DNA of 63,916 nt, filler included, from Octopus bimaculoides (lineage: Eukaryota): assembly GCF_001194135.2 (NCBI RefSeq). It is 9 parts of 9 records of this genome, joined end to end, with 100 filler letters (N's around TTAATTAATTAA, not from the genome) between each part and the next. Parts side by side here need not be neighbours in the genome. Positions count along the whole stretch, not along the records: positions 11,968 to 20,280 come from NC_068985.1; positions 20,381 to 21,751 come from NC_068984.1; positions 21,852 to 33,840 come from NC_068983.1; 6 more parts are not named here. The stretch is one strand, 5' to 3'. The notes under the pieces are model-generated. The model did not search any database, was not told where the DNA came from, and saw nothing but the letters and a program-made list of their open reading frames with translations. Below, piece after piece: positions 11,968-24,515 of this stretch (the stretch's first letter is position 1; each line of letters opens with the position of its first letter). Position numbers and translations under genes: made by a program.

Positions 11968-12300
11968 TCTACCTCCCACACACAGCCCCTCGTTCCCGAT
12001 CACCGTTTGTTATCTCACTCTTTCTTAGCTCTCCTGAAATAAGAATTTCTAACTTCCGGTCAATCATTGTTATGATCGGCCATTATTATGATCGGCCATT
12101 ATTATGATTGACCGTTGACTGAACACTATTCAACTTTTTTTCTCCGTGTTTTTCTCCTTGTCTCCGTATTCTTTCTGTTGAAGAGCGTAGCTCGAAACGT
12201 CAAAGACTTTCCGTATTCCCGAGCGTCATACTAATATATACTTTTGTTATTTACACCACCTGTCCTCGTCTGTTGTTATTATTTGTATATTCTCCCATTT
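11968..12300 (+). mobile_element. Penelope-like 3' tail, family B, with hammerhead-like motif at 12170-12206
   Basis: tctttCTGTTGAaGAGCgtaGCTCGAAACGTCaaaga followed by cttt..ttcccgagcg..atactaata. Related copies at ~14400-14560(+), 23572-23690(-) and 35210-35415(+). Confidence 0.6.
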
Positions 12301-13520
12301 GACCGACAAAGCATATCTATTCTTCAGAAAGCTAAAGAGCAAATACTCGATTGTCCGAGTTGATGCAAGACAAGGCAAGGCGTTCAGATAATGGTATACC
12401 ACTGATACAATGTCGGCATTCACCACTTCCCTTAAACGTTGGTGAAACTAATCATCCTGCTCGTTTCCTCTTCTAATTTCTTATTCACTTAGGAATCTGA
12501 GCAACGCCAAACCCTGGGCAATTTAACCGGTCTAGCACCCTCACTCGAAACGTTTGCGCAGTATGTATTTGCTTTTACGAGTGCCGATCTTTCGGCCCAT
12601 CAAATTGTTAGGTTGATTTTCGTACTTGTCAATGTCCCGAATTCATTTAGTGTAATGTTCATTACCTCGATGTGTTTGGCAGACGACGCCATGATCGTGT
12701 CGATGTCTGTGTACAGAAACATAGATATTCCGAATTCTAGTTCTCACAAGATACCTCTCGTGACCTCCATCTTCTACAAGAGCGTCTGCAGAGCCAGTAC
12801 GCACAGAAGAGAGGACGGGTCCTTTAGGTAACCGAATAGAAGATACGCAACAATTCTACCAAGTACATAGTCCTTCTGTCCACCAAGCAAATGTCTGCCT
12901 ACAGTTCAGCGATCCAGGTTGAGAAGGTTCCGAAACCACCTGCCTTGAAGACAGCAAATAATTCTTAAATCCATCGTTCTATGAATATCGCGTGAAGTGG
13001 TGGTCGTTGCGAATAAATCTGCGTCGTGTGTCACATGTCTATGCCTCAACTACCGGAATATGATAAGCGCTGATACCTTGGCTCGAACATTTAGCTCTAC
13101 ATTTGGTACATTTATCAGTCTGAAGTTGTTAAAATCATTTCCTTGTTTGAATTAGTTCTCAGCAGTACCACCAGAACTGTTTTTTGCAGAACTGGGAATT
13201 CCCTGTTCTGCAACGTGTTTCAGTACACATACGCTAAGAGACCCCCCGAACAAGTGAGGGATACGAAAATAAATCTTGTAAGGCAACAGATCCTGCTCCA
13301 GTGAATTGCCCATCGTCTGTCAGCTATTTTTTGCCTTATTTCCTCAAATTTTCACAAACTTTTGCAAAACTTAGTATGTCTTTTCTAGAGATGCTGGAGA
13401 GCAGTAAAGTCCACCCTCGTCAGCTGTCGACCCTCTGCTCCAAACACTTCAGCAAAGAGTCACATAATAATCTATTTGGGCTCAAATTGTTACTCCTCCG
13501 TCTCACTGACTTTTTGCCTT
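12300..13520 (-). mobile_element. Degenerate L1/Tx1-clade LINE reverse transcriptase
   Basis: Frameshifted minus-strand translation gives collinear RT remnants: NNFRLINVPNVELNVRAKV (cf. NFRPITLLNxxxKILAKV), AVFKAGGFGTFSTWIA, PSSLLCVLALQTLL (QG..LSP motif region), FLYTDIDTI (YADD), TSTKINL. Confidence 0.75.
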
Positions 13521-13552
13521 AGCCCCTTACTATGTGTCCTTCTTTCAAGCAG

Positions 13553-13589
<37 letters not shown>

Positions 13590-14296
13590 TTCCTTCTAGT
13601 CGACCTGATAGCCGACTATCTTTTCTTCTTGGTAGTATCTTAATTTTTATATACTTATTTATTTCGTTATTTATTATTATTTTTTCTTTAATACACATTG
13701 AGCCTTATTATCATTTTAATTTTCTAATTTGTTCCTCCTCTTGATATTTTAATCACTTGTAGTATCTTCTTGAAGATAAGTTTTGCCTAATTTTCCGTAT
13801 TTTTAACTTGTATTTACGAATTTCGTATTTTAACACCTTCTTCAGTTTTTTTAGTCTTTAATCGACTTAACTTTATGTTTATCTAATTTTCATTTACGCT
13901 CAATCGCTTTCATACGTCACTAAGCTGTTATTTTAAAATGTAGCTGCGAAATCAGTTCTATACGATAGGTTAGTATTCATCAAAACTTATAAATTATAAT
14001 AATGCTCAAAATAAACAGCAATGTGTAAGAACGGTTACCTAAACCTCTGAGTAACAGCTTAGCTCTTGCTTTTTATCGTTTACTTCTCTTAGTCATTAGG
14101 CAGCAGCCATACTGGCGTACGTCCTTGAAGTCTTTCATCGAATATATCGACCCCAGTATTTTTTTCTCAAACCTGGTGCTTATACTATATACTTCATCTG
14201 AATCCCATAGAAATGTTATGTTACGGGAGGGTAAAACAAGCAACACAGGCCACGAAGTGGTGTTGGGGTAAAGACATATACAAGGTTGAGCGGCAG

Positions 14297-14327
<31 letters not shown>

Positions 14328-14399
14328 TACATATTCACGTTGCTACTTTCTTCCGGTTATCTCATCATGTTGAACCGATAATCCCTGCACATTTTTCCT

Positions 14400-14554
14400 C
14401 TCTCTCTCTCCTTTTGTTTTCGTTTTCTCTCCATTTTTCCCCTCTCAATCCTTTCTATCGAGGAGCGTATATTCGAAACGTCAAATACTTTTCCATTCTT
14501 CCCGAGCATTTGACTAATACACTTGCTTGTTCCTTCACCTGTCTCAATTTCAAC

Positions 14555-14560
<6 letters not shown>
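14400..14560 (+). mobile_element. Penelope-like tail family B, decayed
   Basis: ctttCTATCGAggagcgtatattcGAAACGTCaaatac...cccgagc aligns with 12170-12240. Confidence 0.55.
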
Positions 14561-14585
<25 letters not shown>

Positions 14586-14639
14586 ATGTATGTGTGTGTA
14601 TATTTGTGTGCGTATGTATGTGTGTATGCACGCGTGTTA

Positions 14640-14760
14640 TTTTCTTGCACAACCGGCTTCTTTCAGTATTCCTCTACCTAACCAAATCCAGTTAAAGAGA
14701 AATTGATTTTGGTCGGCCTGGGACAATATGGCAGAAACATGCCCAAATAGAGTAGGACGG
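14640..14760 (-). mobile_element. SINE family 1 fragment
   Basis: ggcttctttcagt...accaaatcc...ttggtcggcctggg...tgcccaa. Confidence 0.55.
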
Positions 14761-15210
14761 AAGCTAAATCTATTCTAAAGGCCTGCGCTGAGAATACACA
14801 TCTACACCTGTACTAATGCCTCACAGTTACAATTCCACACATACCACATGCCCACATCTTCACAAATATTTCATTAGTTTTATTTTTTTTACTCTACCCT
14901 TGGTATTCGATCACAATCTTAGAACATGGCATCGTTCTAAATAGTCAATGTATGTCATGAGACGGTCTTGAGGTTCAAAGTAACAGTATCTGATTACTTT
15001 CAGCTTTGATAAAATTTATATATATATATATATATATATNNNNNNNNNNNNNNNNNNNNNNNNNNNNNNNNNNNNNNNNNNNNNNNNNNNNNNNNNNNNN
15101 NNNNNNNNNNNNNNNNNNNNNNNNNNNNNNNNNNNNNNNNNNNNNNNNNNNNNNNNNNNNNNNNNNNNNNNNNNNNNNNNNNNNNNNNNNNNNNNNNNNG
15201 TACACCTATA

Positions 15211-16342
15211 TACGAGGGTGGACGGAAAGTTTCATAGGGTCGCTATGAAGGAGTGAAGATAGGATGTGTTAATTTTGCATACATTAATTTCAACTTCCCT
15301 TATTAATAATTGCGTTGTTTTCCCAAGTAAACTGACTGTAGAATGGAAGCTTCAAAAGTAACTAGTAGAAATTTCTCATGAAAATGGACAACATTTGGCA
15401 TCGTGATGTTACTAAGTATCTGCAGAAAAAGGTTTAGCCCTGAAGGGCATTCGTTCTAACGTGGTTGCTACATAAGGGAATGATGTTCAATGGTTACCAG
15501 CAGTTCAAATGTGGGCAGCTGAATTTGGCCGGCGAAGAATGAATCTTGAAGGTGACACAAAGTGTGATCCCGTTCATTATCCGGCGATGGATGATGGTCG
15601 ATCGGCTATAAATCAAATAGCCAATGCATATCCCTTGAGAGAGTTGAAACTATTCTGGCATAGTGAGCTTGGCATTACGAAGGTCTCTGCTCAGTTGTCA
15701 CGTCTTCTGACACCTGATCAAAAGCGTAAAAGGCTGATCACATCATTGGAAAATATGACATTGTTTGAGGCTGATTCAGCGGGTTTCGTTGAACCTGTTT
15801 TTCAAACCCAGGATGAGTTAACCCACTTTGAGCAAGAGAGAAAATGAAATATCAATGTAGTAGTAAACAACCATCTCTACCTGTTCCAAAGAAAACGAAG
15901 CTTCCTTCGTCTAAAAAGGAGGCGACGGCCTTAGATTTTTGGAGATACAAAAGACCGCACCATGAATGAAGAGTTCTATGCCAACTTTCTGAGGCAGTTA
16001 CTAAAAGCTATCAAGACCCAATGAGCACTAATCTGACGAAAGTTGTTTTCTTTAATCAGGACATCCTCCAGTATTGGTTTCAATGCCTACTGTGTGTCAT
16101 TGTAGCTTTGAACTGGTAGATCAGCCTCCCTAATCTCCATTAGCTCCATCTGACAATCGTCTGTTCCCCAAAATTAAAAAAAATGCTTGGCTTTGAACCA
16201 GTATAGCTGTGATGGTGACGTAATATCTGCTATTGTTTGATCATCAAGGTGAAAGCAAGAGGGACTAAGTTGGAAAATAAACCTAATTCTGTTACATTCC
16301 ATAGGAGTGTCTTGGTTAGCCGATGGCCTTTTCAGTTGACTG

Positions 16343-16347
<5 letters not shown>
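15211..16347 (+). mobile_element. Degenerate mariner transposon
   Basis: TA-CGAGGG... left TIR and a decayed matching right TIR ending ...gtcgTA. Transposase remnants ELGITKVSAQLSRLLTPDQKRKRLITSLENMTLFEAD..GFVE...TQDE and a PxSPxLAPSD-like region. Confidence 0.85.
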
Positions 16348-16403
<56 letters not shown>

Positions 16404-18679
16404 AACTAGTGAATTGTAAACTGATTCCTTTTGCTCAAGGCACCAAATATTTCTCGGTGGTTCAGCAGGCTGAAAGCAAAGTAGCCAAATGGGGTTGCTG
16501 TTTGAATTCCACTCAGTGACCAAATAGATGTTTTATTTAATTATCAAATTATTTTGAACGAAAATTTGGCCAACTTCAAACTTGTCTAACATGTCACAAT
16601 CAATTACGTAAAAGACTTTATTCCTCGTTTTTTAATGTACTTTTCTTTGTTTATCCTCGCATATTGTGTAACACTTTTGCTTGTGTTGTTATTGTATGAA
16701 TGAATTGGCAGTAGTGATATTAAAAATAGTATCCTTGTTCTTTTTGTTAACATTTATGTTGTTATTGTCGTCGTCGTCGTTATTAGCATCGTATCATTCC
16801 TTGGTTACTTGATTACATTGATGTTAGTTTTTAATTTCTTTCATCAAATAACCAAATAAAAATATCTCTGTTTTAATAACTGAATATTTATAATATAACA
16901 TCATTTCATCTGGAATAATTAGGATGAAATAATATTGGCTTCTTTTGATCTGTAGTCAGAGAAATAACTGATGTTCACCTCTGACATTTCATATCAAACT
17001 GCTCAGATAAGAAATTTACAAAATGATATCCATTTCGTTATTTCATAAAAAATATTTGATTATTACGTCTGACTTTCGAAATGATAACCTTTAAATCTAA
17101 TGTATTATGCTACAATTAAACATCTCTCAGAATTTATTACACTATAAAGAAGAAATCGTATCGATACAAGAGCGGAATTAATTACTATTCTTCTGTTATT
17201 GATCAAATAATTATAAGACCATTATATAGTTTGGTAGAAAATATTTGTAGTTGTTGCAGCCCCCATGCTGATTATGATCGAACAGATATAGAATTAGGTA
17301 AACCGTAAAAACCATGGTGTTATATTTTTATATATAATGTACCCGGATTTATATAATCTAACACATTTATTTTTAGATAGTAATCCAGGTTTGCAAACCC
17401 CATAAAGAACCCAAGTGTTTTCCTATTTTCAAAACGTAAAAAAACATGATGAGAGAGAGAGAGAGTGAGAGAGACAGACAGAAAGAAAGAAAGAGGGAGA
17501 GAGAGAAAGAGAAAAGAGAGAAAGAGAAAGAGAGAAAGAGGGAGAGGAAGATTTGACTTCCATATTTAAAACTTACTCCCACTGCTTCATATGTTGCTTC
17601 AACTCTTTTTTTATCTCCCTGTTTTTTTTCCACATTTTTTAATAGTTTTATTCCGTTCGTCCTCACATAGTTTTGTATCTCTTTCAAAGGTGTGTGTAAT
17701 TATTTCACGGTTTTCTATGTCCTGATTTCAGATACTTAGGAGGTAAACTTTGCTTCTCAAACTTACATACACATGATGTACTTGTGACGATGAAGTCCAC
17801 TGACACGCCTTCAAGATTGATGGTCTTATGTTCAAGTCAAAATCATTAATATTATTACTCGAAACACTTCTTTCTGCTCCTCCTCCTTTTCTTCCCCTCT
17901 TCCTTTTCTTCTTTATATATTTCTTTTTTGTCTTCCTTGTTTATCTACCATGAGGCGAATTAAAAAAAAAACACCACCACGTCCATGACGATGATGATTA
18001 GTATTAACAACAGCATCACCATTATTATGATTATTATTTTCATTCGTCTTGTCCCTACATCTACAATAAGAGCGATGACAATTGGATGATTCAAAAGCAT
18101 GAAAACAACGGTAACATCACCATCATCATTAGCACTACTACATTTAGTGCCGATAAGAATAACATCAACGACAGCTGTTGCAAAGGAGGAGTCACAAGCA
18201 GAAATTCTGGAAGAAACATGACCTCTACCACAACCTCTTCTACCTTAACTGCTGGAACATTTCTATCAGTGACAAAAAAGAAAAAGAACAGCAGCGCATG
18301 GCAACCGAATACTTTATTTCCCTCACAAGGTCTGCAAGAAATGACGAAAAGCTCTTTTTAAATGAAGATGAACTAAAATCACCAAGACTGATTTTTTTTT
18401 AAATGGTCGTGATAAAAGCCTCACAACGATGCACAGTCGTAGAATGCTAGATGGGAAGAAAATGGCGCCGCACGGAAAGTGGGATATCAATATTCAAGAG
18501 TACCTCATGTGCGTTTGAGAATAGAAAGCTCACATCCTTGGTGGGCAAAATATATGGGAAATAAATTAAGATTATAAATATGAGAAGCAAGATTACACAA
18601 AGTAACTACACAGAAGATTGAGGAACTAATCCTTGATTAAAATGTAAACAAATTTCTTTTGCATTCCGCCGGACATAAG

Positions 18680-19060
18680 AATTTTGAAAAGCACGCAGTG
18701 TAGCATATTTTCATATAATTTCTTGTAATCAATCCAACTAATAACATAGCACTTCTAAACTGTTGGCACTCGTCTGCATATTCAATCGATTATACAATAG
18801 ATTAGCATTTCCTCTTGACTTCTTTCTGATTCCTTTTTCATCCCTGGAAACATATTGTCCTTCTGCACAATATTATATAATTTCATCATCCACGAGATAG
18901 GCCAACATTTTTCAGAGTAATAGCAATCATGTAACGTCTATTATTACTGATTACTATCCTTTTTCTTATTCACATATTTTAGCGTCATTTTCCATTCTGT
19001 TATCTATGATGGTGTCTTAATATTCTATTCAATCACTTCGGAATAGTTGATTATAAATGT
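18680..19060 (-). mobile_element. Highly degenerate R4/Dong-clade RT fragment
   Basis: Minus-strand remnants DEKGIRKKSRG (cf. EQKGCRKxSRG) and WIDYKKLYENMLH at ~18700-18736 (cf. WIDYKKAYDxVPH). Confidence 0.55.
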
Positions 19061-19162
19061 GCACGGTTGTAAAATATACAAGGTAGGTTCCATGAATACA
19101 GGAACTTACAAGTTTGATTATACATTATTGAAAAATCTTCACATCGTAAATATTCTGCTACA

Positions 19163-20280
19163 TATTGGGTTGAGGAATAATTCGTGAGCGTATTTTTCAA
19201 ATTTATCTACAACAAATTCATCAATAATATACTCTCCGTTGTTGTTTACGACCTCCTCCCATCGTTCAATCAGTTTTTCGATGTCTCAGCGATAGAAATA
19301 ACCCGATCCTGACTCCAAGAATTCGTCCAACCAGCCCTCAATTCCAGGTCGTTATTGGACGATAAACCACGCAAAGCGTTTGAAAGTGGTCGACAGAGAT
19401 GAAAATCGGACAGTGCCAAGTCTGGAGAATATGGAGGGTGCTGCAGCATTTCTCTTTCGAGTTTTTGAATCGCGGTTTGGGTCATATTGGCGATGCGAGG
19501 TCGGAAGATGTTGTATTGCAGGAGACCACATATTCGGTGGTTTTTGCTGAATAGCTTCGTTGAGTCTGTGCAGTTGCCGAACGTAGACCTTCGCACTGAA
19601 TATCGAGGTGCGCTCAAGCGGTTCGTAATGAATTATGTCTTCACTGTCCCACCATACACACAGCATGTTTTTCGAGGATGAAGGCTTTGTTTTTCTCGCT
19701 GAGCAGCCTGTTTTTTGGGGCTTAGCCCTTCTTTTCTCTGCTTCATATTGACGTAAAAGCAAACATTTTCGTTACCAGTGCAATTGCGGTAAAGATAACG
19801 TTGTTTGTGGCCATGTGTTGCTCCATGTTGCGCGACCAAACTTGGCGACATCTATGGAACGTTGATTTTCGTTCAAAGTGTGTGGCACCCAAGCTTCGAG
19901 TTTCTGAACCATTCCAATTGGATGAAAGTGATTAACCACAGTATTTTTCTTCTCACAATTGATCTGCTCCGCCTATTCTCTGGTCGTTTGGCGTGGATTT
20001 TTGTGAAAAAGTTGATTCAATCGCTCTTCATCGAACTCAATTGGTCGACCAGTGCCTGATCCCTCCTTGAGATGCTCGAAAACCCATCGGGGCGGTACTT
20101 TAAGGCATCACTCTTTCTCCATACACAGCACAAATCTCATGAACGGTTTCGGCGGTCTTAACACCTCGATTAAATGCAAAAAAGCAAATGGTATCGAAAA
20201 TGATCAGGTTTGTCCACTCCATTTTAATGATCTGAAAATAAATAAAATTTTAAAAAATCAAAACAGATTATCTTGTTGAG
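19163..20280 (-). mobile_element. Near full-length degenerate mariner transposon
   Basis: ATG at ~20222; GRPIEFDEERL, KLEAWVPHTL, MLCVWWD..IIHYE, HPPYSPDLALSDFHL. TIR TA-TTGGGTTG at 19163; the other end lies in a gap. Confidence 0.9.
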
Positions 20281-20543
20281 NNNNNNNNNNNNNNNNNNNN
20301 NNNNNNNNNNNNNNNNNNNNNNNNTTAATTAATTAANNNNNNNNNNNNNNNNNNNNNNNNNNNNNNNNNNNNNNNNNNNNTATTCTTAAAAAAATTATCT
20401 TCGTTAAAAGACCGCTTCCTTCAAATCTTCCACCGGTTCTTTTGGCTAATTCCATCGATGTTATTGGATTAGATATGTTTTTGTATAGGGAGCCCGGTGT
20501 AGCACATCCATGTTGTTATTCAGCCCGGTGCTCTATTCTTCTC

Positions 20544-20594
<51 letters not shown>

Positions 20595-20595
<1 letters not shown>

Positions 20596-21068
20596 GAGTG
20601 AGACAGCAGTGCATGCCATCAAAATGACACTGAAGTAAAATATACGAAGCCCATTATAGACATCATGACTACCTGTCTGATAAGGGTACACCAGGCACAT
20701 GCATCACAACCATATGTGCGCGACATGGTGATCTCATATCAAGATAAACAGCGCATGACCTCGCAGGTGGGACCCTGTTAGAATTTTCTTCAGGTCGAGT
20801 AGCCCATTCCGCTTAAAAGGTCCCTGAATAAGGTTTGTTTAAGGATGTTGAGCAAAACACCCATGTTTCCAAAGGTGAATTATTCAAACCCCAAAGAATT
20901 CCTCTCAACACATGGCTATGATGCTCCCCCACTACTTCAGCTTATGATCAGAGATGCACATATCGTCAGCCACCAAGATACATGCTCAACTGGTTAAGGT
21001 TAAACAATTGACAAGCAGATCGGTAGTATTAAGCAGAATATTTGTTGTAGCCCATCTTTTATACCAAG
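20595..21068 (-). mobile_element. Repeat family 6 (SINE-like, longest copy)
   Basis: Shares segments with 7692-7781 and 48519-48680; ends in an (AAT)n tail on the minus strand. Confidence 0.6.
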
Positions 21069-21161
21069 ACAAAACAACGTACATGATAACACTTCCAACC
21101 AAATTTGGTATGTGTATTTGGTGTGCAAGATTCTTGATGTAGATACGTGTGTTGAAAGAAA

Positions 21162-21529
21162 TACAATTAAACCTTGGGAGAGGCATTATGCCGGTAATAA
21201 ACACGCGCACTGGTTCATTCCTTTATTAATTTATAAACAGTATTTAGTTTTTTTTTGTTTTTGTTTTTTGTTAAATCATTTCATTGCACTCTGCACATAT
21301 ACGAGCGTGCACACTCACATGCTTATACCGGACAATTTCAAAACAACGCCAAATCATACATTCAAAATAAATGGAAGTGGAGAGACAAGTTACTGAAGAG
21401 ATTCTAAGAGTGCACAGAAATGATTTAACAAAAAAAAAAAAAACTAAATACTGTTTATAAATTAATAAAGGACTGAACCATTGCGTGTGTTTATTACCGG
21501 CATAATGCCTCTCCCAAGGTTTAATTGTA
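21162..21529. mobile_element. Fold-back MITE with TA termini (pogo/Tc1-type)
   Basis: Arms 21162-21292 and 21407-21529 are near-perfect reverse complements (TA-caattaaaccttgggagaggcattatgccggtaataaacac...). Confidence 0.85.
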
Positions 21530-21623
21530 CTTCCAATCAATTAAGATCAGAAGCCATGAGAGTCACAGCTTGGTACTGCATCCGGGCATTTATTATTATC
21601 ATTATTATTATTATTATTATTAC

Positions 21624-21675
<52 letters not shown>

Positions 21676-21851
21676 AATTATTATTATTATTATCATTATT
21701 ATTATTATGTTCTTATATGTACGCGCATACGTATGTATGGATATATATATANNNNNNNNNNNNNNNNNNNNNNNNNNNNNNNNNNNNNNNNNNNNTTAAT
21801 TAATTAANNNNNNNNNNNNNNNNNNNNNNNNNNNNNNNNNNNNNNNNNNNN

Positions 21852-22340
21852 GTCTATGTTGTGGGGTACACTCTTCGCCTGGGAAGGTTTTGGCATTGAT
21901 AAGCAGCCATCTTTCCCTTTTTCTGGTGAGGATGTAGTCAATTTGGCTAGTGTGTCTGCCAGAACGATAGGTGACTGGCAGGTTTCCTGAAGTTAGTATT
22001 GCAAACCATAAGGTCATTTGCGTCACAGAACTCCAGCAGTCTGGTTCCCTCCTCATTGCGGGAACCAAAACCGTAGCCTCCATGCACGCCATGGAAGCCC
22101 CATGTATGTTGTCCTACATGACCATTGAAGTCACCAGCCACAAAGAGAAGGTCCCTGTCATTCATCGACGAGGTACTCTGCAAGAGGGCGTCATAAAATC
22201 GGTCTTTCTGTCCATCGGGTAGCCCGGACTGAGGGGTGTAGGCAGGGATAATGGTTGCTAGCCCATATATATCGTGTTGGCACCTGTACCAGTGGAGCGC
22301 TAAGAGCACCATCCGAGCGTAATCATTGCCAGAGCAGCAG
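21852..22340 (-). mobile_element. RTE LINE AP-endonuclease fragment
   Basis: AYTPQSG..QKDRFYDAL, VAGDFNGHVG, GYGFGSRNEEGTRLLEFC, TYRSG..SQIDYILTR. Confidence 0.92.
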
Positions 22341-22730
22341 ACTAGCTTCCGTGCCAGTGGCACGTAAATAGCACCATTTGAGCGTGATCGTTACCAGCGT
22401 CGCCTTACTGGCACTTGTGCCGGTGTCAAGTGAAAAACATTCGAGCGAGATCGTTTCCAGTGCCGCTGGACTGGCTCCTCTGCAAGTGGTACGTAAAATG
22501 CCCCAATTTGAACGTGGCCGTTGCCAGTACCACCTGACTGGCCTTCGTGACGGTGGCACGTAAAACCACCTACTACAATCTCAGAGTGGTTAGCATTAGG
22601 AAGGGCATCCAGCTGTAGAAGCTCTGCCAAATCAGATTGGAGCCTGGTGTAGCCATCTGGTTCGCGAGTCCTCGTCCAACGCATGCTAGCATGGAAGGCA
22701 GACGTTAAATGATGATGATGATGATGATGA
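22340..22730 (+). mobile_element. RTE LINE 3' UTR with (GAT)n tail
   Basis: gtgccagtggcacgtaaa units, attaggaagggcatccagctgtagaa, ...gacgttaaatgatgatgat. Confidence 0.85.
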
Positions 22731-23571
22731 TATATATATATATATATATATATATANNNNNNNNNNNNNNNNNNNNNNNNNNNNNNNNNNNNNNNNNNNN
22801 NNNNNNNNNNNNNNNNNNNNNNNNNNNNNNNNNNNNNNNNNNNNNNNNNNNNNNNNNNNNNNNNNNNNNNNNNNNNNNNNNNNNNNNNNNNNNNNNNNNN
22901 NNNNNNNNNNNNNNNNNNNNNNNNNNNNNNNNNNNNNNNNNNNNNNNNNNNNNNNNNNNNNNNNNNNNNNNNNNNNNNNNNNNNNNNNNNNNNNNNNNNN
23001 NNNNNNNNNNNNNNNNNNNNNNNNNNNNNNNNNNNNNNNNNNNNNNNNNNNNNNNNNNNNNNNNNNNNNNNNNNNNNNNNNNNNNNNNNNNNNNNNNNNN
23101 NNNNNNNNNNNNNNNNNNNNNNNNNNNNNNNNNNNNNNNNNNNNNNNNNNNNNNNNNNNNNNNNNNNNNNNNNNNNNNNNNNNNNNNNNNNNNNNNNNNN
23201 NNNNNNNNNNNNNNNNNNNNNNNNNNNNNNNNNNNNNNNNNNNNNNNNNNNNNNNNNNNNNNNNNNNNNNNNNNNNNNNNNNNNNNNNNNNNNNNNNNNN
23301 NNNNNNNNNNNNNNNNNNNNNNNNNNNNNNNNNNNNNNNNNNNNNNNNNNNNNNNNNNNNNNNNNNNNNNNNNNNNNNNNNNNNNNNNNNNNNNNNNNNN
23401 NNNNNNNNNNNNNNNNNNNNNNNNNNNNNNNNNNNNNNNNNNNNNNNNNNNNNNNNNNNNNNNNNNNNNNNNNNNNNNNNNNNNNNNNNNNNNNNNNNNN
23501 NNNNNNNNNNNNNNNNNNNNNNNNNNNNNNNNNNNNNNNNNNNNNNNNNNNNNNNNNNNNNNNNNNNNNNN

Positions 23572-23690
23572 AAACAACAAATGGATGTATTAGTATAACG
23601 CTCGGGAATAGAGAAAGTCTTTAACGTTTTGAGCCTACGCTCTTCAACAGAAAGGAACACAGAAACAAACAAGGAGAGAAAAAAATATGG
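23572..23690 (-). mobile_element. Penelope-like tail family B with hammerhead-like motif at 23619-23654
   Basis: Minus strand: ctttCTGTTGAaGAGCgtagGCTCaAAACGTTaaag. Confidence 0.6.
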
Positions 23691-23984
23691 GAATTGGTCA
23701 GTGCTGGTGTGTGCGTGGTGGTGTGTTGTGATGTGATATGTTGTGTGATATGGGGTAGCTTGGTGTGATGTGATGGTGTTGGGAGGTGGGGGAGGCAAGA
23801 GTGGGGAAACCATGGGTGGATTATGGGTTAGGCTGAAGGTGGGGGTAGAGGTAGGGGTATGGGAGTATGGGAGTATGCAGAAGTGGGAGTAGTTGGGGTA
23901 TGTGGGTAGGTAGAGGGTGGGGGTAGAAGCGGAGTATGTGGGAGAGGGTGTAGTGTAAGGGATGGGGTGTAAGGGATGGGATGG

Positions 23985-24515
23985 GGTGCCAATCAGGTGG
24001 TGCTGTCATCGGCCACGACAACGATTTCACTTGCCTCAACAGGTCTTCACAAGTGCAGTTTATTGCCCAATGATTGAAGGGTACTCTTAAATGGGCTGGT
24101 TATGCTGCACTGACATAGGCTATGGTTATGGTCTCACTTGGCTTGCCAGGTCTTCTCAAGCACAGCATATCTCAAAGGTCTCAGTCACTTATCATTACCT
24201 CCTTGAGGCCCAACGTTCAAAGGTTGTGCTTCACCACCTCATACCAGGTCTTCCTGGGTCTACCTCTTCCACAGGTTCCCTCTACTGTTAGGGTGTGACA
24301 CTCTTTCACACTGCTGTGCTCACCCATATGCAACACATGACCATACAGCGCAGTTGTCTCTTGCACACCACATCTGATGCTTCTTAAGTCCAACTTGTCT
24401 CTCGGGGCACTTACACTCTGTTGTGTATGCACACTGATATTACACGTCCAGCGGAGCATATTAGCTCCATTCCTTGCAAGCTTACGCATGTCCTCAATTC
24501 TCGACCTTGTTTCCA
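23985..24515 (-). mobile_element. RTE LINE 3' end
   Basis: EDMRKLARN..MLRWTCNISVH...LYGHVL...VEGTCGRGRPRKTW. Confidence 0.9.

Noticed and set aside
17373-17760. ORF with a GTAAGT donor-like site; FRYLG on the opposite strand
   Set aside because: No family similarity, no good acceptor, and the ORF ends in a microsatellite.
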